Source: Clostridia bacterium
Lineage (GTDB): Bacteria > Bacillota > Clostridia > UMGS1883 > UMGS1540
DNA length: 64,000 nt
NCBI GenBank assembly: GCA_045656005.1
Contig: JAZOQG010000032.1
Location: forward strand, 1,438-65,437
Direction: 5' to 3'
Shown here: piece by piece, positions 30,569 to 40,941 of the stretch
Layout: every line of letters begins with the position of its first letter
Position numbering within the stretch: position 1 is the stretch's first letter
Position numbers and translations under genes: made by a program
Notes under the pieces: model-generated
Databases searched by the model: none
The model's input: the letters and a program-made list of their open reading frames with translations, nothing else
Told to the model about the DNA's origin: nothing

Positions 30569-31681
30569 GTGATTTTTTTGAAAAAAATAATTTCTGTTTT
30601 GAGTTTCTTTTGCATTTTATCTTTAAATCTTCCTATTTATTCGGCAGAAATTTCTGCAACTTCGGCAGTAGTAATAGATGCTGAAAGCGGGAGAGTGCTA
30701 TATGAAAAAAATGCAAGTAAAATAATGACTCCTGCAAGCACCACTAAAATTATGACAGGACTTTTGGCGGCAGAGTATGGAAGGGGAGATGAAATACTTC
30801 AGGTTTCAAGAAAAGCCGCATATCAGGAAGGAAGTTCCATGTACCTTAAGGAAGGGGAAAGGGTAACACTTACAGAGCTACTCTATGGACTTTTACTCTC
30901 ATCAGGCAATGATGCCGCAGTAGTTTTGGCAGAGCATATCGCTGGAAGCACAGAACTCTTTGCAAAAAAAATGACAGAACGTGCGAGGGAGATAGGGGCA
31001 GTAAACACGAGTTTTAAAAACCCCAATGGTCTTGATGAGGAAGGGCACTATACAACAGCCCTTGATTTAGCCAAAATTGCAGCTCATGCTATGAAAAATG
31101 AGCTTTTCAGGAAAATTGCAGGAACTTCATCTATAACACTCCAAAGAGGAACATACACAAACCACAACAAACTTTTAAGAAACTGTGAGGGAGTTTTCGG
31201 GGTTAAAACGGGTTTTACTAAAAAAAGCGGAAGATGCCTTGTAACTGCATGCGAGCGAAACGGATTTAGTATAATTACTGTCACCTTAAATGCACCTGAT
31301 GACTGGAATGACCACAGAAAACTATTTGATGAAACGTATCAAAATTATAATAAGATAACACCATTTTCCAAAGGTGACATCGTTTGCGAAATTACTGCTG
31401 AAAATGGGGAGAGAGTGGGAGCGGTATGTGAAAACAGTTTAGAATGTGTTTTAAACTCGGAAGAACAAAAAAGAGTAGAAATAATAAATGACCTTCCTCC
31501 AAAGCTATATCTTCCCGTTAAAAACGGGCAGATACTGGGAAAGGTCAAAATTATGCTTGATGGAAATGTGATTTCTGAAACTCAGGTACTTTCAAACCGC
31601 GACGTTCTTCCGCCTCCAAAAGAAAGTTTTGGTCACTTTTTATTTATAACTGCAAAAAGTTTTTTCAGGGCTTTCATGTAA
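30569..31681 (+). CDS. D-alanyl-D-alanine carboxypeptidase (peptidase S11, PBP5-like)
   Basis: Signal peptide; SxxK motif (ASTTK), SGN motif (SSGND) and KTG motif (VKTGFT). Confidence 0.8.
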   Translation: MIFLKKIISVLSFFCILSLNLPIYSAEISATSAVVIDAESGRVLYEKNASKIMTPASTTKIMTGLLAAEYGRGDEILQVSRKAAYQEGSSMYLKEGERVTLTELLYGLLLSSGNDAAVVLAEHIAGSTELFAKKMTERAREIGAVNTSFKNPNGLDEEGHYTTALDLAKIAAHAMKNELFRKIAGTSSITLQRGTYTNHNKLLRNCEGVFGVKTGFTKKSGRCLVTACERNGFSIITVTLNAPDDWNDHRKLFDETYQNYNKITPFSKGDIVCEITAENGERVGAVCENSLECVLNSEEQKRVEIINDLPPKLYLPVKNGQILGKVKIMLDGNVISETQVLSNRDVLPPPKESFGHFLFITAKSFFRAFM

Positions 31682-31682
31682 A

Positions 31683-33572
31683 TTATTCTTCCATCTGGAG
31701 TGAAAGCTCTTCCCACATTTCATAAAGTGAAGAAAGCTTTTCACGGATTTCATCAGCACGGGAGGAAATTTCCATGCCCTTTACATAGTCTGATTGAATA
31801 GTCAAAAGCTCCGCTTCGCACTTTGCAAGCTCATCTTCAAAAAACGCAATATCCTCTTCACATTTTTTGAGATTTCTCTCAAGTTTTTTCTGCTGGGAAC
31901 GAAGTGCTTTTTGAATATTATAATCGTTTTCCTTTTTGGGAGATAAATCTGATTTTTTAGGTGAAAAGGCAGATTTTTTTTCGAGGTAATAGTCGAAATT
32001 TCCTTCAAAAAGGTCCATGCCTGTATCTTTAAGAGCATAAATTCTTGTTGCAATTTTATTTATAAAATAGCGGTCATGGGAAATTGCAAAAACTGTTCCG
32101 TCATAAGAAAGGAGTGCTTCCTCCAAAGCCTCGCGGCTTTTTATGTCAAGATGGTTTGTAGGCTCGTCGAGAAGAAGGAGATTGTGTCCTGAGAGCATCA
32201 TTTTAAGGAGTGCTACCCTTGCTCTTTCTCCGCCGCTTAAAGTTGATATTTCTTTGAAAACATCATCACCATAAAACAAAAAGCCTGCAAGGGCACAGCG
32301 GATTTGCGTGTCGGTAAGGCGGGGATGGGCATTTCTTATTTCGGAAATTATGGTATTCGATAATGTTAGGTTTGTAAAGTGCTGGTCAAAATATCCCGCA
32401 TCTACCTTTGTTCCGAATGTAAATGCGCCGCTGTCAGCATCAATGTTTTTTGTAAGTATATTAAAAATTGTTGATTTTCCCGTTCCGTTTCCGCCTATTA
32501 TAAAGGCTTTGTCACCTCTTTTAATGTCAAATGAAACATTTTCAAAAAGAAACTGTGAATCAAATGATTTTGAGAGGTTTTCAGCCTTTAAAACGTCAAA
32601 TCCACTTTGTACTCTTGCGGAAAACGAAATGGCAACATCCTTAGCGAGTGCATCAGGTTTTTTGAGAGAGTCCACCATTTTGTCAAGCATTTTTTGTTTG
32701 CTTTCGGCAGTACGGATATTCTTTTCTCTGTTCCATCTGCGCTGTTGTTCGATAATTCCTTCAATTCTCTTTATTTCCCTTAAATCATTTTCATAGTGCT
32801 TTTCCATGATTTCTCTGTCAGTTTCCTTGAATTTAAGGTACTGTGAATAGGGGGCATCAAAAAGCTTTAAAGTTTTGTTTTCAAGCTCCATTGTTTTTGT
32901 TGTTACTTTATCAAGAAAATATCTGTCATGGGAAATTACAATAAAAGATGTATTGACACCACTTAAAAAATCCTCTAGAAAAGCCACAGAGTCCATATCA
33001 AGATGGTTTGTAGGCTCGTCAAGAAGCAAAAGGTCAGAATTTGAAAGGAGCATCTTAGCAAGAGATACCCTTGTTTTTTCGCCGCCGCTCAAGGCTGAAA
33101 CGGGCAAACTTAAATCATTTTCCGAAAATCCAAGCCCCATCAGCATAGAACGTGTTCTTGATTTATAGGTAAGTCCGCCTAAGTCCTCAAACTTTACTCT
33201 CAAATCATGTTGAAGATTAATATATTTGGGAATGTCAAGTCCGAGTGCTATCTTTTCCGTAACCTCATTTTCCTGTTTTTCGATTTCTTCAAGATATGAG
33301 AAAACAGTAAGAGTTTCATCAAAAACAGTTTTGTCAGAGTCCTTTAAAGGAAACTGCTCCATATATGAAATTTTTATCTGCGATGAAATGGATAAAGTGC
33401 CCGTGTCTTTTTGTTCCACACCGCATATTATTTTGAAAAGAGTTGTTTTTCCTGCTCCGTTTCCTCCGATAAAACCTATCTTATCGCCATTTGAAACGGA
33501 AAAGGAAACATTTTCAAAAAGCGTGTTTTCGCCAAAACTTTTTGAAAGTGCACCAACGCTTATAATTGCCAT
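31683..33572 (-). CDS. ABC-F family ATPase (tandem ABC domains, C-terminal coiled coil)
   Basis: Two Walker A motifs (GGNGAGKTT, GGNGTGKST), two LSGGE signatures, and an inter-domain linker; 629 aa. Confidence 0.85.
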   Translation of the reverse strand: MAIISVGALSKSFGENTLFENVSFSVSNGDKIGFIGGNGAGKTTLFKIICGVEQKDTGTLSISSQIKISYMEQFPLKDSDKTVFDETLTVFSYLEEIEKQENEVTEKIALGLDIPKYINLQHDLRVKFEDLGGLTYKSRTRSMLMGLGFSENDLSLPVSALSGGEKTRVSLAKMLLSNSDLLLLDEPTNHLDMDSVAFLEDFLSGVNTSFIVISHDRYFLDKVTTKTMELENKTLKLFDAPYSQYLKFKETDREIMEKHYENDLREIKRIEGIIEQQRRWNREKNIRTAESKQKMLDKMVDSLKKPDALAKDVAISFSARVQSGFDVLKAENLSKSFDSQFLFENVSFDIKRGDKAFIIGGNGTGKSTIFNILTKNIDADSGAFTFGTKVDAGYFDQHFTNLTLSNTIISEIRNAHPRLTDTQIRCALAGFLFYGDDVFKEISTLSGGERARVALLKMMLSGHNLLLLDEPTNHLDIKSREALEEALLSYDGTVFAISHDRYFINKIATRIYALKDTGMDLFEGNFDYYLEKKSAFSPKKSDLSPKKENDYNIQKALRSQQKKLERNLKKCEEDIAFFEDELAKCEAELLTIQSDYVKGMEISSRADEIREKLSSLYEMWEELSLQMEE

Positions 33573-33633
33573 TTATTTCACCTCGCTAAGTATTATACTA
33601 TATTTTAATGTAAAATTCAACATTTAAATTATC

Positions 33634-33662
33634 TTGACAGTCAAAGCGTAAATTATTATAAT
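33634..33662 (+). promoter_or_regulatory. Sigma70-like promoter TTGACA-17-TATAAT upstream of the small CPC/CHC protein gene
   Basis: Exact consensus hexamers with a 17-nt spacer. Confidence 0.45.
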
Positions 33663-33699
33663 AAAAGTAATTAAAATAAATTTAAAGGAGTGGTAATTT

Positions 33700-33903
33700 A
33701 TGAAAATAACTTTAAATCCTGATAAGGAAATTGTTGAGGCTATAAAAAAGGGACTTAAAGAAAAAGGCGGATACTGCCCTTGCCGCCTTGAAATGACAGA
33801 GGAAAACAAATGCATGTGCAATGAATTTAAGGAGCAGATAGCAGACCCCGATTTTGAAGGTTTCTGCCACTGCATGCTTTATTATAAATCCAAGGAAAAA
33901 TAA
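33700..33903 (+). CDS. Ferredoxin-thioredoxin reductase catalytic-subunit-like small Cys-rich protein
   Basis: 67 aa with CPC...C.C...CHC spacing, reminiscent of the FTR catalytic beta subunit; good RBS AAGGAG. Confidence 0.55.
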   Translation: MKITLNPDKEIVEAIKKGLKEKGGYCPCRLEMTEENKCMCNEFKEQIADPDFEGFCHCMLYYKSKEK

Positions 33904-33913
33904 ACCTTTTTTA

Positions 33914-33942
33914 TTGACAAATTTTGCATTGCAATATATAAT
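33914..33942 (+). promoter_or_regulatory. Sigma70-like promoter TTGACA-17-TATAAT upstream of the uracil permease/upp operon
   Basis: Exact consensus hexamers with a 17-nt spacer. Confidence 0.45.
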
Positions 33943-33983
33943 AAAAATTGGTAGAAAAAATTTACAGAAAGAAGGTTTTTAAA

Positions 33984-35312
33984 ATGGCAAAAGAAAAATT
34001 TGTTATCGGAAACGAAGGTCTTCATGACGCAAAAGTTCTAGGTGTACCAAAGATGATAGTTCTTGGTTGTCAGCATGCTTTTGCAATGTTTGGCGCAACA
34101 GTTTTAGTTCCGCTTTTGACAGGACTTGATGTTTCCATCACACTTTTGATGGCAGGTCTTGGAACACTTTTGTTCCATCTCCTCACAGGAGGTAAGGTTC
34201 CTGCATTTTTGGGTTCATCATTCGCATTTTTGGGCGGTTATGCGGCAGTAGCTCCGCTTGTTGACGGAATGCCCAATATCGAAAAACTGCCATATGCCTG
34301 CGGTGGTGTTGTTATTGCAGGTCTTTTGTATGTGGTTTTGGCGGCACTTTTCAAACTTTTTGGTGCAAAAAAAGTTATGAAATTCTTCCCTCCTGTAGTT
34401 ACAGGTCCTATTATTATAGCAATCGGTCTCATTTTGGCACCTTCTGCTATTAATAATTGTCAGACAAACTGGCTCTTGGCTATTATTGCTTTTGCGGTAA
34501 TAGTTGTTTGCAACATCTGGGGCAAGGGAATGGTAAAAATTGTTCCGATTCTTATTGGTATTGTTGTTTCCTATATCGTTGCAATTTGCATGAAGCAGGT
34601 GGATTTTGCACCTATTGCAGAAGCAGGCTGGATTGGTCTTCCTGCAATAAGCGGTAAAACTATTGCGAAATTTGATGTAAGCTCAATTATAACAATAGCA
34701 CCTATTGCTATCGCTACAATGATGGAACATATTGGTGACGTATCCGCTATCAGTGCTACAACTGGCAAAAACTTTATTGCATCCCCCGGTCTTCACAGAA
34801 CACTTTTGGGTGACGGTCTTGCAACATCACTTTCTGCAATGTTCGGAGGACCTGCAAATACTACTTATGGTGAAAACACAGGCGTTTTGGCACTTACAAA
34901 GGTTTATGATCCCAAGGTTATAAGAATTGCAGCAGTTTTTGCAGTTATTCTTTCATTCGTTCCTAAAATTTCTGCGGCTATTTCTTCAATTCCTGCAGCA
35001 ATTATCGGTGGTATTTCCTTTGTGCTTTACGGGATGATTTCCGCTATCGGTGCAAGAAACCTTATTGAAAATAAAGTTGACTTTACAAAGAGCAGAAACT
35101 TAATTATTGCAGCTGTTATTTTGGTAAGTGCACTCGGATTTAATTCCATAGGTGGTATTACATTTATGGTTTCAGGTGTAGCAGTAAACCTTTCGGGTCT
35201 TGCTATTGCAGCACTTTTGGGTATTTTGCTCAATGCAATTTTGCCAGGCAAAGACTATGTGTTTGAAACAGAAGAAGAAACAAAAGATACAGGCGTAAAC
35301 TTTAAACTTTAA
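33984..35312 (+). CDS. pyrP: Uracil permease (NCS2 family)
   Basis: NCS2/UraA signature regions QHAFAMFGATVLVPLLTGL; about 12 TM helices. The start is MAKEKF at 33984. Confidence 0.85.
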   Translation: MAKEKFVIGNEGLHDAKVLGVPKMIVLGCQHAFAMFGATVLVPLLTGLDVSITLLMAGLGTLLFHLLTGGKVPAFLGSSFAFLGGYAAVAPLVDGMPNIEKLPYACGGVVIAGLLYVVLAALFKLFGAKKVMKFFPPVVTGPIIIAIGLILAPSAINNCQTNWLLAIIAFAVIVVCNIWGKGMVKIVPILIGIVVSYIVAICMKQVDFAPIAEAGWIGLPAISGKTIAKFDVSSIITIAPIAIATMMEHIGDVSAISATTGKNFIASPGLHRTLLGDGLATSLSAMFGGPANTTYGENTGVLALTKVYDPKVIRIAAVFAVILSFVPKISAAISSIPAAIIGGISFVLYGMISAIGARNLIENKVDFTKSRNLIIAAVILVSALGFNSIGGITFMVSGVAVNLSGLAIAALLGILLNAILPGKDYVFETEEETKDTGVNFKL

Positions 35313-35330
35313 TAGCGAGGAAGAAATAAA

Positions 35331-35957
35331 ATGAGCGAACTTTATGTAATGAATCATCCGCTTATTTCTCATAAGGTTACAATGCTTCGTGACGAAAATA
35401 CTTCGGTTAAAGATTTTCGTGAGCTTATAAACGAAATTGCACTTTTAATGGGATATGAGGCAACAAAGGATTTAAAACTTACAAAGGTAAAAGTAAAAAC
35501 ACCCCTGTGTGAAACAGAAGGTGCTGTTGTTGAAAAGCAGGTGGCACTGGTACCGATACTTCGTGCAGGACTCGGAATGGTAGATGCTTTAATGAGCCTC
35601 ATTCCTGCCGCAAAGGTAGGGCACATAGGTCTTTATCGTGACCATGAAACCTTAGAGCCTGTTGAATATTACTGCAAGCTCCCTACTGATATCGAGGAGC
35701 GTCATGTGCTCGTTCTTGATCCTATGCTTGCAACAGGCGGTTCATCTGCGGCTGCAATTGATTTTATCAAGAAAAGAGGAGCAAAGAAAATTAAACTTAT
35801 GTGCATAATTGCTGCTCCCGAAGGTGTTGAGGTCGTAAAAAAAGCTCACCCTGATGTTGACATCTACGTTGCATCTCTTGATGAAAAACTCAACGAGAAA
35901 GGCTATATTATGCCCGGTCTCGGTGATGCAGGAGACAGACTTTTCGGAACCTTATAA
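35331..35957 (+). CDS. upp: Uracil phosphoribosyltransferase
   Basis: [16 protein letters not shown]-terminus and PRPP-binding [13 protein letters not shown]. Confidence 0.9.
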   Translation: MSELYVMNHPLISHKVTMLRDENTSVKDFRELINEIALLMGYEATKDLKLTKVKVKTPLCETEGAVVEKQVALVPILRAGLGMVDALMSLIPAAKVGHIGLYRDHETLEPVEYYCKLPTDIEERHVLVLDPMLATGGSSAAAIDFIKKRGAKKIKLMCIIAAPEGVEVVKKAHPDVDIYVASLDEKLNEKGYIMPGLGDAGDRLFGTL

Positions 35958-36743
35958 TTTATATTTTGAAGTTGATGCTATGGCTGCGACATTTATGTTG
36001 CAGCCATATTCTTTTTTGAGTATTCGGCAACATTCTGTTATGGTTGAAGAGGTTGTTATAACGTCATCTATAAGCAATATATTGTCATAGTTTTCTTTTT
36101 GCTTTATAGCAGAAAAAGAGCCTTTAACTGTTTTTCGTCTTTGAGACGCAGAAAGACCTGCGAGCTTTTTGGTGTAATAGTTCTTTTTAAGAAGTTTTAC
36201 ACATGGGACAGAGAAAAGAGCAGAAAGCTCTTTTGAGAGTATTTCCGTCTGGTTGTAGCCTCTATTAAATTTCCTGAAAAAGTGAATAGGAACAAAAGTT
36301 ATGGCATCGGGAATATAGCCGCTTTTCTTGATTTCTGTGAAAATTAAAATGGCAAATGTTTTAGCATAGCTTATTTTGTTTTTATATTTGAAATTTATGA
36401 TTGATGTGCGTGTTGCGCCTTCATAAACCAAAGGGGTAAACACACGTTCATAGGGCTTTTCTAAACCTTTGCAATCAACGCAAAGAGGACTTCCGAATAC
36501 AGTATCCAAAGGCTCACCGCAGAAATGGCAATACTTTTTGTTGAATTTAATTTTGTTTATACATTCCCTGCACATGTGAAGGGGTGTTTCATTAATAAAT
36601 TTCCCGCAAAAAATACACTTTGCGGGAAATACGATGGAAATAATTTTTGAAATCAGTTTTCTCAAAGCAAACTCTCCAGCTTGTGTCTTAAACCGCTGTT
36701 GCGTACAGACACATTTGTATTTTTTATCATTTTGTATAAACAT
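35952..36743 (-). CDS. comFC: ComF family protein (double zinc ribbon + phosphoribosyltransferase domain)
   Basis: N-terminal CxxC pairs and C-terminal PRTase motif [14 protein letters not shown]. The listed start overlaps the recD2 3' end by 82 nt, so the true start is uncertain. Confidence 0.7.
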   Translation of the reverse strand: MFIQNDKKYKCVCTQQRFKTQAGEFALRKLISKIISIVFPAKCIFCGKFINETPLHMCRECINKIKFNKKYCHFCGEPLDTVFGSPLCVDCKGLEKPYERVFTPLVYEGATRTSIINFKYKNKISYAKTFAILIFTEIKKSGYIPDAITFVPIHFFRKFNRGYNQTEILSKELSALFSVPCVKLLKKNYYTKKLAGLSASQRRKTVKGSFSAIKQKENYDNILLIDDVITTSSTITECCRILKKEYGCNINVAAIASTSKYKL

Positions 36744-38860
36744 TCTTTTCTGCCGACAAGCACCACAAGTTGTTTTGCACGGGTCAGTGCCGTGTACAAA
36801 AGGTTTCTGTTCATAAGCTGAGGTGCCGAAGGGTACATAGGTATTATAACCGCAGGAAATTCGCTCCCCTGACTTTTGTGAACGGTTATAGCATAAGCGG
36901 GTTCAATTTCTTCAAGTGACGAGAAATCATAAACCACCTTTTTTTCTTCGTCAAAAAGAATGCTTATCGTTTTTTCATAATTGTTTATTGTCAATATTCT
37001 TCCTATATCCCCGTTAAAAATGCCCATTCCTTCATGACCTGTGTATGTGTTTTTCCATGAAATGGAGTAGTCATTTTTAATCTGCATTACTTTGTCGCCC
37101 TCGCGAAAAACATAGTCACCAAATGCTTTTTCATTTTTCTTGTCGGTGGAGGGATTTATGTCGCTTTGTAATTTTTTATTAAGTTCAATTACGCCCAGAC
37201 CGCTTTTTCTAGATGGTGAAATTACCTGAATATCAGAAAGGACATCAAAGCCGTAAGCCGCAGGAAGCCTTTTTGAATAGAGCTGTGATATAGTGCTTAA
37301 AATATCTTCGCTGCTTTCTCTTTCAAGAAGGAAGAAATCCTTGTCTTTTGCATTAAGGTGGGGCATTTCACCCTTGTTTATTTTATGGGCATTTACAACT
37401 ATCATGCTCTCTGATGCCTGCCTGTAAATCTGGGTAAGGCGCATAAAGGGTATTTTTTCAGAATTAATCATGTCGCAAAGCACATTTCCTGCACCAACTG
37501 ACGGAAGCTGGTCAAAGTCACCTGCCATAATCAAAACTGCACCGTCTTTCATGGCTTTTATAAGTGAACTCATTAATAGTACATCAACCATACTCATTTC
37601 GTCAACTATTATAACGTCTTCTTCAAGCGGATATGTTTCACACCTTACAAAGCTTTGGTTTGAACCTTCTGAAAAGTTAATCTCAAGAAGTCTGTGAATA
37701 GTCTTTGCCTCAACTCCGCACGTTTCAGTAAGCCTTTTTGCGGCACGTCCCGTGGGGGCACAAAGGGTAACCGTTTTGTTTTCGTTTTCTAAAATTGAAA
37801 TAATGGTATTAATAATTGTGGTTTTTCCTGTACCGGGACCGCCTGTTATAATAAATGCATTATTTGTACATGCACCGTGGCATGCCTCTTTTTGCTCGTC
37901 GGATAAAGTAATCCCGCTTTTTTTCTCTATCAGCGAAACGGTTTGGTCAAAAGTTTTGCAAAGCGGCGGTTGCGCTTTTTGAAGGAGGGATAAAAGTCCT
38001 CTGGCAACCCCGACCTCAGCATTAAAATAGGCTGGGAGATAGCATGCTATATTGCCATCAATGTTTTCTTTTATTATTTCGCCGCGTGTTATTAAATTAA
38101 ATAGTGCGTTTTCGGCAGACACCTCGTCACATCTTAAAAGTTTTTGTGAAAGAGAGGTGAGTTGTTCTCTTAAAAGATATGTGTTTCCGCTTTGAGAATA
38201 CTCTCGAAGGACATATAAAACACCATGTGTAAGTCTGTTTTCGTCATCAGGAGTAACCCCTAGCTTTGCGGCAAGCTTGTCGGCAGTTAGAAAGCCTATG
38301 CCGTCAACCTCGCACAGTATGTATGGGTTTTCTTTGATTTTTGAAACTGATGCAGGTCCGAATTTTTTAAACACTTTAAGGGCAAATGCGGCAGTTACAC
38401 CAAATGGCTGAAGAAACATAACAAGGTTTTGCATAACTTGTTTTGAAATTAAGGATTCACTCATCTGCAAAGCCTTGTTTTCGCTTATGCCTCTGATTAC
38501 AGTAAGTTTTAAAGGCTCGTCACGCATAATGTCAAGTGCACGTTCCCCAAACTCTTTTACAATTTTTGAGGCAGTTGAAGGACCAATGCCTTTTATAATT
38601 CCCATAGAAAGATACATTAAAATCTGCGTCTCGCTTTTAGGTATGATATTTTCGTACATACTTACTTTAAGCTGCTGACCGTAATCGGGGTGCTTTGTCC
38701 ATTGACCATAGAGCCTTACTGATTCACCTGCTGAAAGAGACGGCATAATTCCAACTGCGATTACTTCTTCATCACCAGTATCCACGGCGCATACAGTATA
38801 GCCGTTTTCTTCATTTGTATATATAATTTCTGATACAACGCCTTCTATGGTAATATCCAT
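36662..38860 (-). CDS. recD2: RecD2-like ATP-dependent DNA helicase
   Basis: N-terminal OB/HhH region, Walker A GGPGTGKTT, DEMSMVD motif, SF1 helicase C-terminal domain; 732 aa. Confidence 0.85.
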   Translation of the reverse strand: MDITIEGVVSEIIYTNEENGYTVCAVDTGDEEVIAVGIMPSLSAGESVRLYGQWTKHPDYGQQLKVSMYENIIPKSETQILMYLSMGIIKGIGPSTASKIVKEFGERALDIMRDEPLKLTVIRGISENKALQMSESLISKQVMQNLVMFLQPFGVTAAFALKVFKKFGPASVSKIKENPYILCEVDGIGFLTADKLAAKLGVTPDDENRLTHGVLYVLREYSQSGNTYLLREQLTSLSQKLLRCDEVSAENALFNLITRGEIIKENIDGNIACYLPAYFNAEVGVARGLLSLLQKAQPPLCKTFDQTVSLIEKKSGITLSDEQKEACHGACTNNAFIITGGPGTGKTTIINTIISILENENKTVTLCAPTGRAAKRLTETCGVEAKTIHRLLEINFSEGSNQSFVRCETYPLEEDVIIVDEMSMVDVLLMSSLIKAMKDGAVLIMAGDFDQLPSVGAGNVLCDMINSEKIPFMRLTQIYRQASESMIVVNAHKINKGEMPHLNAKDKDFFLLERESSEDILSTISQLYSKRLPAAYGFDVLSDIQVISPSRKSGLGVIELNKKLQSDINPSTDKKNEKAFGDYVFREGDKVMQIKNDYSISWKNTYTGHEGMGIFNGDIGRILTINNYEKTISILFDEEKKVVYDFSSLEEIEPAYAITVHKSQGSEFPAVIIPMYPSAPQLMNRNLLYTALTRAKQLVVLVGRKECLYKMIKNTNVSVRNSGLRHKLESLL

Positions 38861-38864
38861 CTCT

Positions 38865-39140
38865 TTATCCTTTCTGCAATATATTATGCGCTATGCAAAG
38901 TGTATCAATTATTTCGCTGTCACCTGAAAGATATATTTTTGCCCCAACAAGATAATTTTCTGCAACATATTTCGATGACAATATAAGTTTTTCCAAATCC
39001 TCATAGTTTTCGTTTCCGTCGATTATAATTTCAACTGCTTTGCCATCGCAAGGCAAATTAAAATTTTTTAAAATCCACAAAAAGAAAAAGCACAAAACTG
39101 CTGTGATTAAAACAGGTAATAAATATTCTGACATAAACAA
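38865..39140 (-). CDS. Hypothetical small membrane-anchored protein
   Basis: 91 aa with an N-terminal TM helix; position between metK and recD2; no recognisable domain. Confidence 0.3.
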   Translation of the reverse strand: MFMSEYLLPVLITAVLCFFFLWILKNFNLPCDGKAVEIIIDGNENYEDLEKLILSSKYVAENYLVGAKIYLSGDSEIIDTLCIAHNILQKG

Positions 39141-39196
39141 ACCACCTCCGATTTAGAATATGAAAAAGGAGGTGGTTTTGATACTGACATAACTGC

Positions 39197-40354
39197 TTAA
39201 AGTTTAAGGGAAATACTTGTATCTTCCCATGGAAGTGAAATGTCATCTCTTCCAAAGTGTCCGTAAGCGGCTGTCTCGCCGTAGATAGGACGTTTTAAAT
39301 CAAGAGTTTCGATTATCGCATCAGGGCGAAGGTCAAAGTTCTGATTTATAATGTCAACAAGACGGCTTTCGTCAAGTTTTGAAGTTCCGAAAGTATCTAC
39401 TCTTACGGAAACAGGTTTTGCAACACCGATTGCGTATGCAAGCTGAACTTCACATTTTTTTGTAAGCCCTGCGGCTACAAGATTTTTTGCAACATAGCGA
39501 GCCATATATGCCGCACTTCTGTCAACCTTCGAAGGGTCTTTTCCTGAAAATGCTCCGCCGCCGTGACGCGCCATACCACCATAAGTGTCAACAATAATTT
39601 TTCTTCCTGTAAGACCGCTGTCACCATGAGGTCCGCCAACAACAAATCTGCCTGTCGGGTTTATAAAATATTTTGTTTTATCGTCTAAAAGATTTTGAGG
39701 AAGTGAAGGAATGATAACATGCTTAATCATATCTTCTCTTATTGTTTCAAGGGAAGCTTCCTCGTCGTGTTGAGTGGAAATTACAACTGTGTCAATTCTG
39801 ACAGGTTTGTCATTTTCATATTCAACTGTAACCTGGCTTTTTCCGTCAGGACGAAGATATTTTAAGGTTCCTTCTTTTCTTACTGTGGCAAGTTTTCTTG
39901 CGAGAGTGTGGGAAAGAGAAATAGGCATTGGCATTAAAGTTTCGGTTTCACTGCATGCGTAACCGAACATCATTCCCTGGTCACCTGCACCGCTTCCAAA
40001 GTTGTCCGCTCCTTCTTTAGCTTCAAGGGAAAGGTCAACACCCATTGCAATATCAGGGGACTGACCATGAATACTGTTTAAAACCGAGCATGTTTCTGCA
40101 TCAAATCCATATTTTGAATTTGTGTAACCGATGTCTTTGACAGTTTTGCGGACAATGGTTGGAATATCAACATAACAATCTGTTGTGATTTCACCCATAA
40201 CCATTACGATACCTGTTGTGGTACAAGTCTCACACGCAACTCTTGCATTTTTGTCCTGTGCCAAAATAGCATCAAGCACGTTATCGGAAATCCTGTCACA
40301 CATTTTATCGGGATGACCTTCTGTAACTGATTCTGAAGTAAAAAATTTTCTCAT
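39197..40354 (-). CDS. metK: S-adenosylmethionine synthetase
   Basis: [20 protein letters not shown] and GGGAFSGKD signatures. Confidence 0.95.
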   Translation of the reverse strand: MRKFFTSESVTEGHPDKMCDRISDNVLDAILAQDKNARVACETCTTTGIVMVMGEITTDCYVDIPTIVRKTVKDIGYTNSKYGFDAETCSVLNSIHGQSPDIAMGVDLSLEAKEGADNFGSGAGDQGMMFGYACSETETLMPMPISLSHTLARKLATVRKEGTLKYLRPDGKSQVTVEYENDKPVRIDTVVISTQHDEEASLETIREDMIKHVIIPSLPQNLLDDKTKYFINPTGRFVVGGPHGDSGLTGRKIIVDTYGGMARHGGGAFSGKDPSKVDRSAAYMARYVAKNLVAAGLTKKCEVQLAYAIGVAKPVSVRVDTFGTSKLDESRLVDIINQNFDLRPDAIIETLDLKRPIYGETAAYGHFGRDDISLPWEDTSISLKL

Positions 40355-40382
40355 AAGTATAGCCTTTCTGTCTGTTTGCAGA

Positions 40383-40862
40383 CTAAAAAATATTAATTAT
40401 CCATTGAACAATAGATGTGCCGAAGCACATAATAATTCCTGCAGCCATAACACCGAGTGCAATGCTTGGGAATGAATATTTAAATCTCATATCAAGAAGT
40501 GATGCCGCAAGTGCTCCTGACCATGCACCCGTTCCGGGAAGTGGAATGGCAACAAATATAAAAAGTCCCAAAGCACTATATTTCATTATTTTCTCACGGT
40601 TTGCCTCGGTTTTCTTTTCGAGCTTTTCAGCAATCGGTCTTAAAGGCTTTGTCCTTTTAAGCCATGCCATAATTGGTCTTGAAAACCAGAGAATAAAGGG
40701 GATTGGCAATAAGTTTCCGAGTACTGCAATTATGTATGTTGTAAGGGAAGAAAGCCCAAGGCTCATTCCCACGGGAATTGCACCGCGAAGTTCAACAATA
40801 GGAAACATGGAAATTATTGCAACATATACTTCTTTTGTAAAAAAATCTAAAAAATTTGACAT
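40383..40862 (-). CDS. Small membrane protein (COG2426-like, putative small multidrug export protein)
   Basis: 159 aa with 4 TM helices. Confidence 0.5.
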   Translation of the reverse strand: MSNFLDFFTKEVYVAIISMFPIVELRGAIPVGMSLGLSSLTTYIIAVLGNLLPIPFILWFSRPIMAWLKRTKPLRPIAEKLEKKTEANREKIMKYSALGLFIFVAIPLPGTGAWSGALAASLLDMRFKYSFPSIALGVMAAGIIMCFGTSIVQWIINIF

Positions 40863-40941
40863 AGCAACCCCAAATTTATATCTTTTAGTATTTATATATT
40901 TTATAACGTTTAAAAATAAATGTCAAGAGAAAAACGTCAAT

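Noticed and set aside
40355-40941. SAM (S-box) riboswitch upstream of metK
   Set aside because: metK is preceded by only 28 nt and then a membrane-protein gene. The 79-nt region upstream of that gene is too short and lacks the S-box conserved helices.
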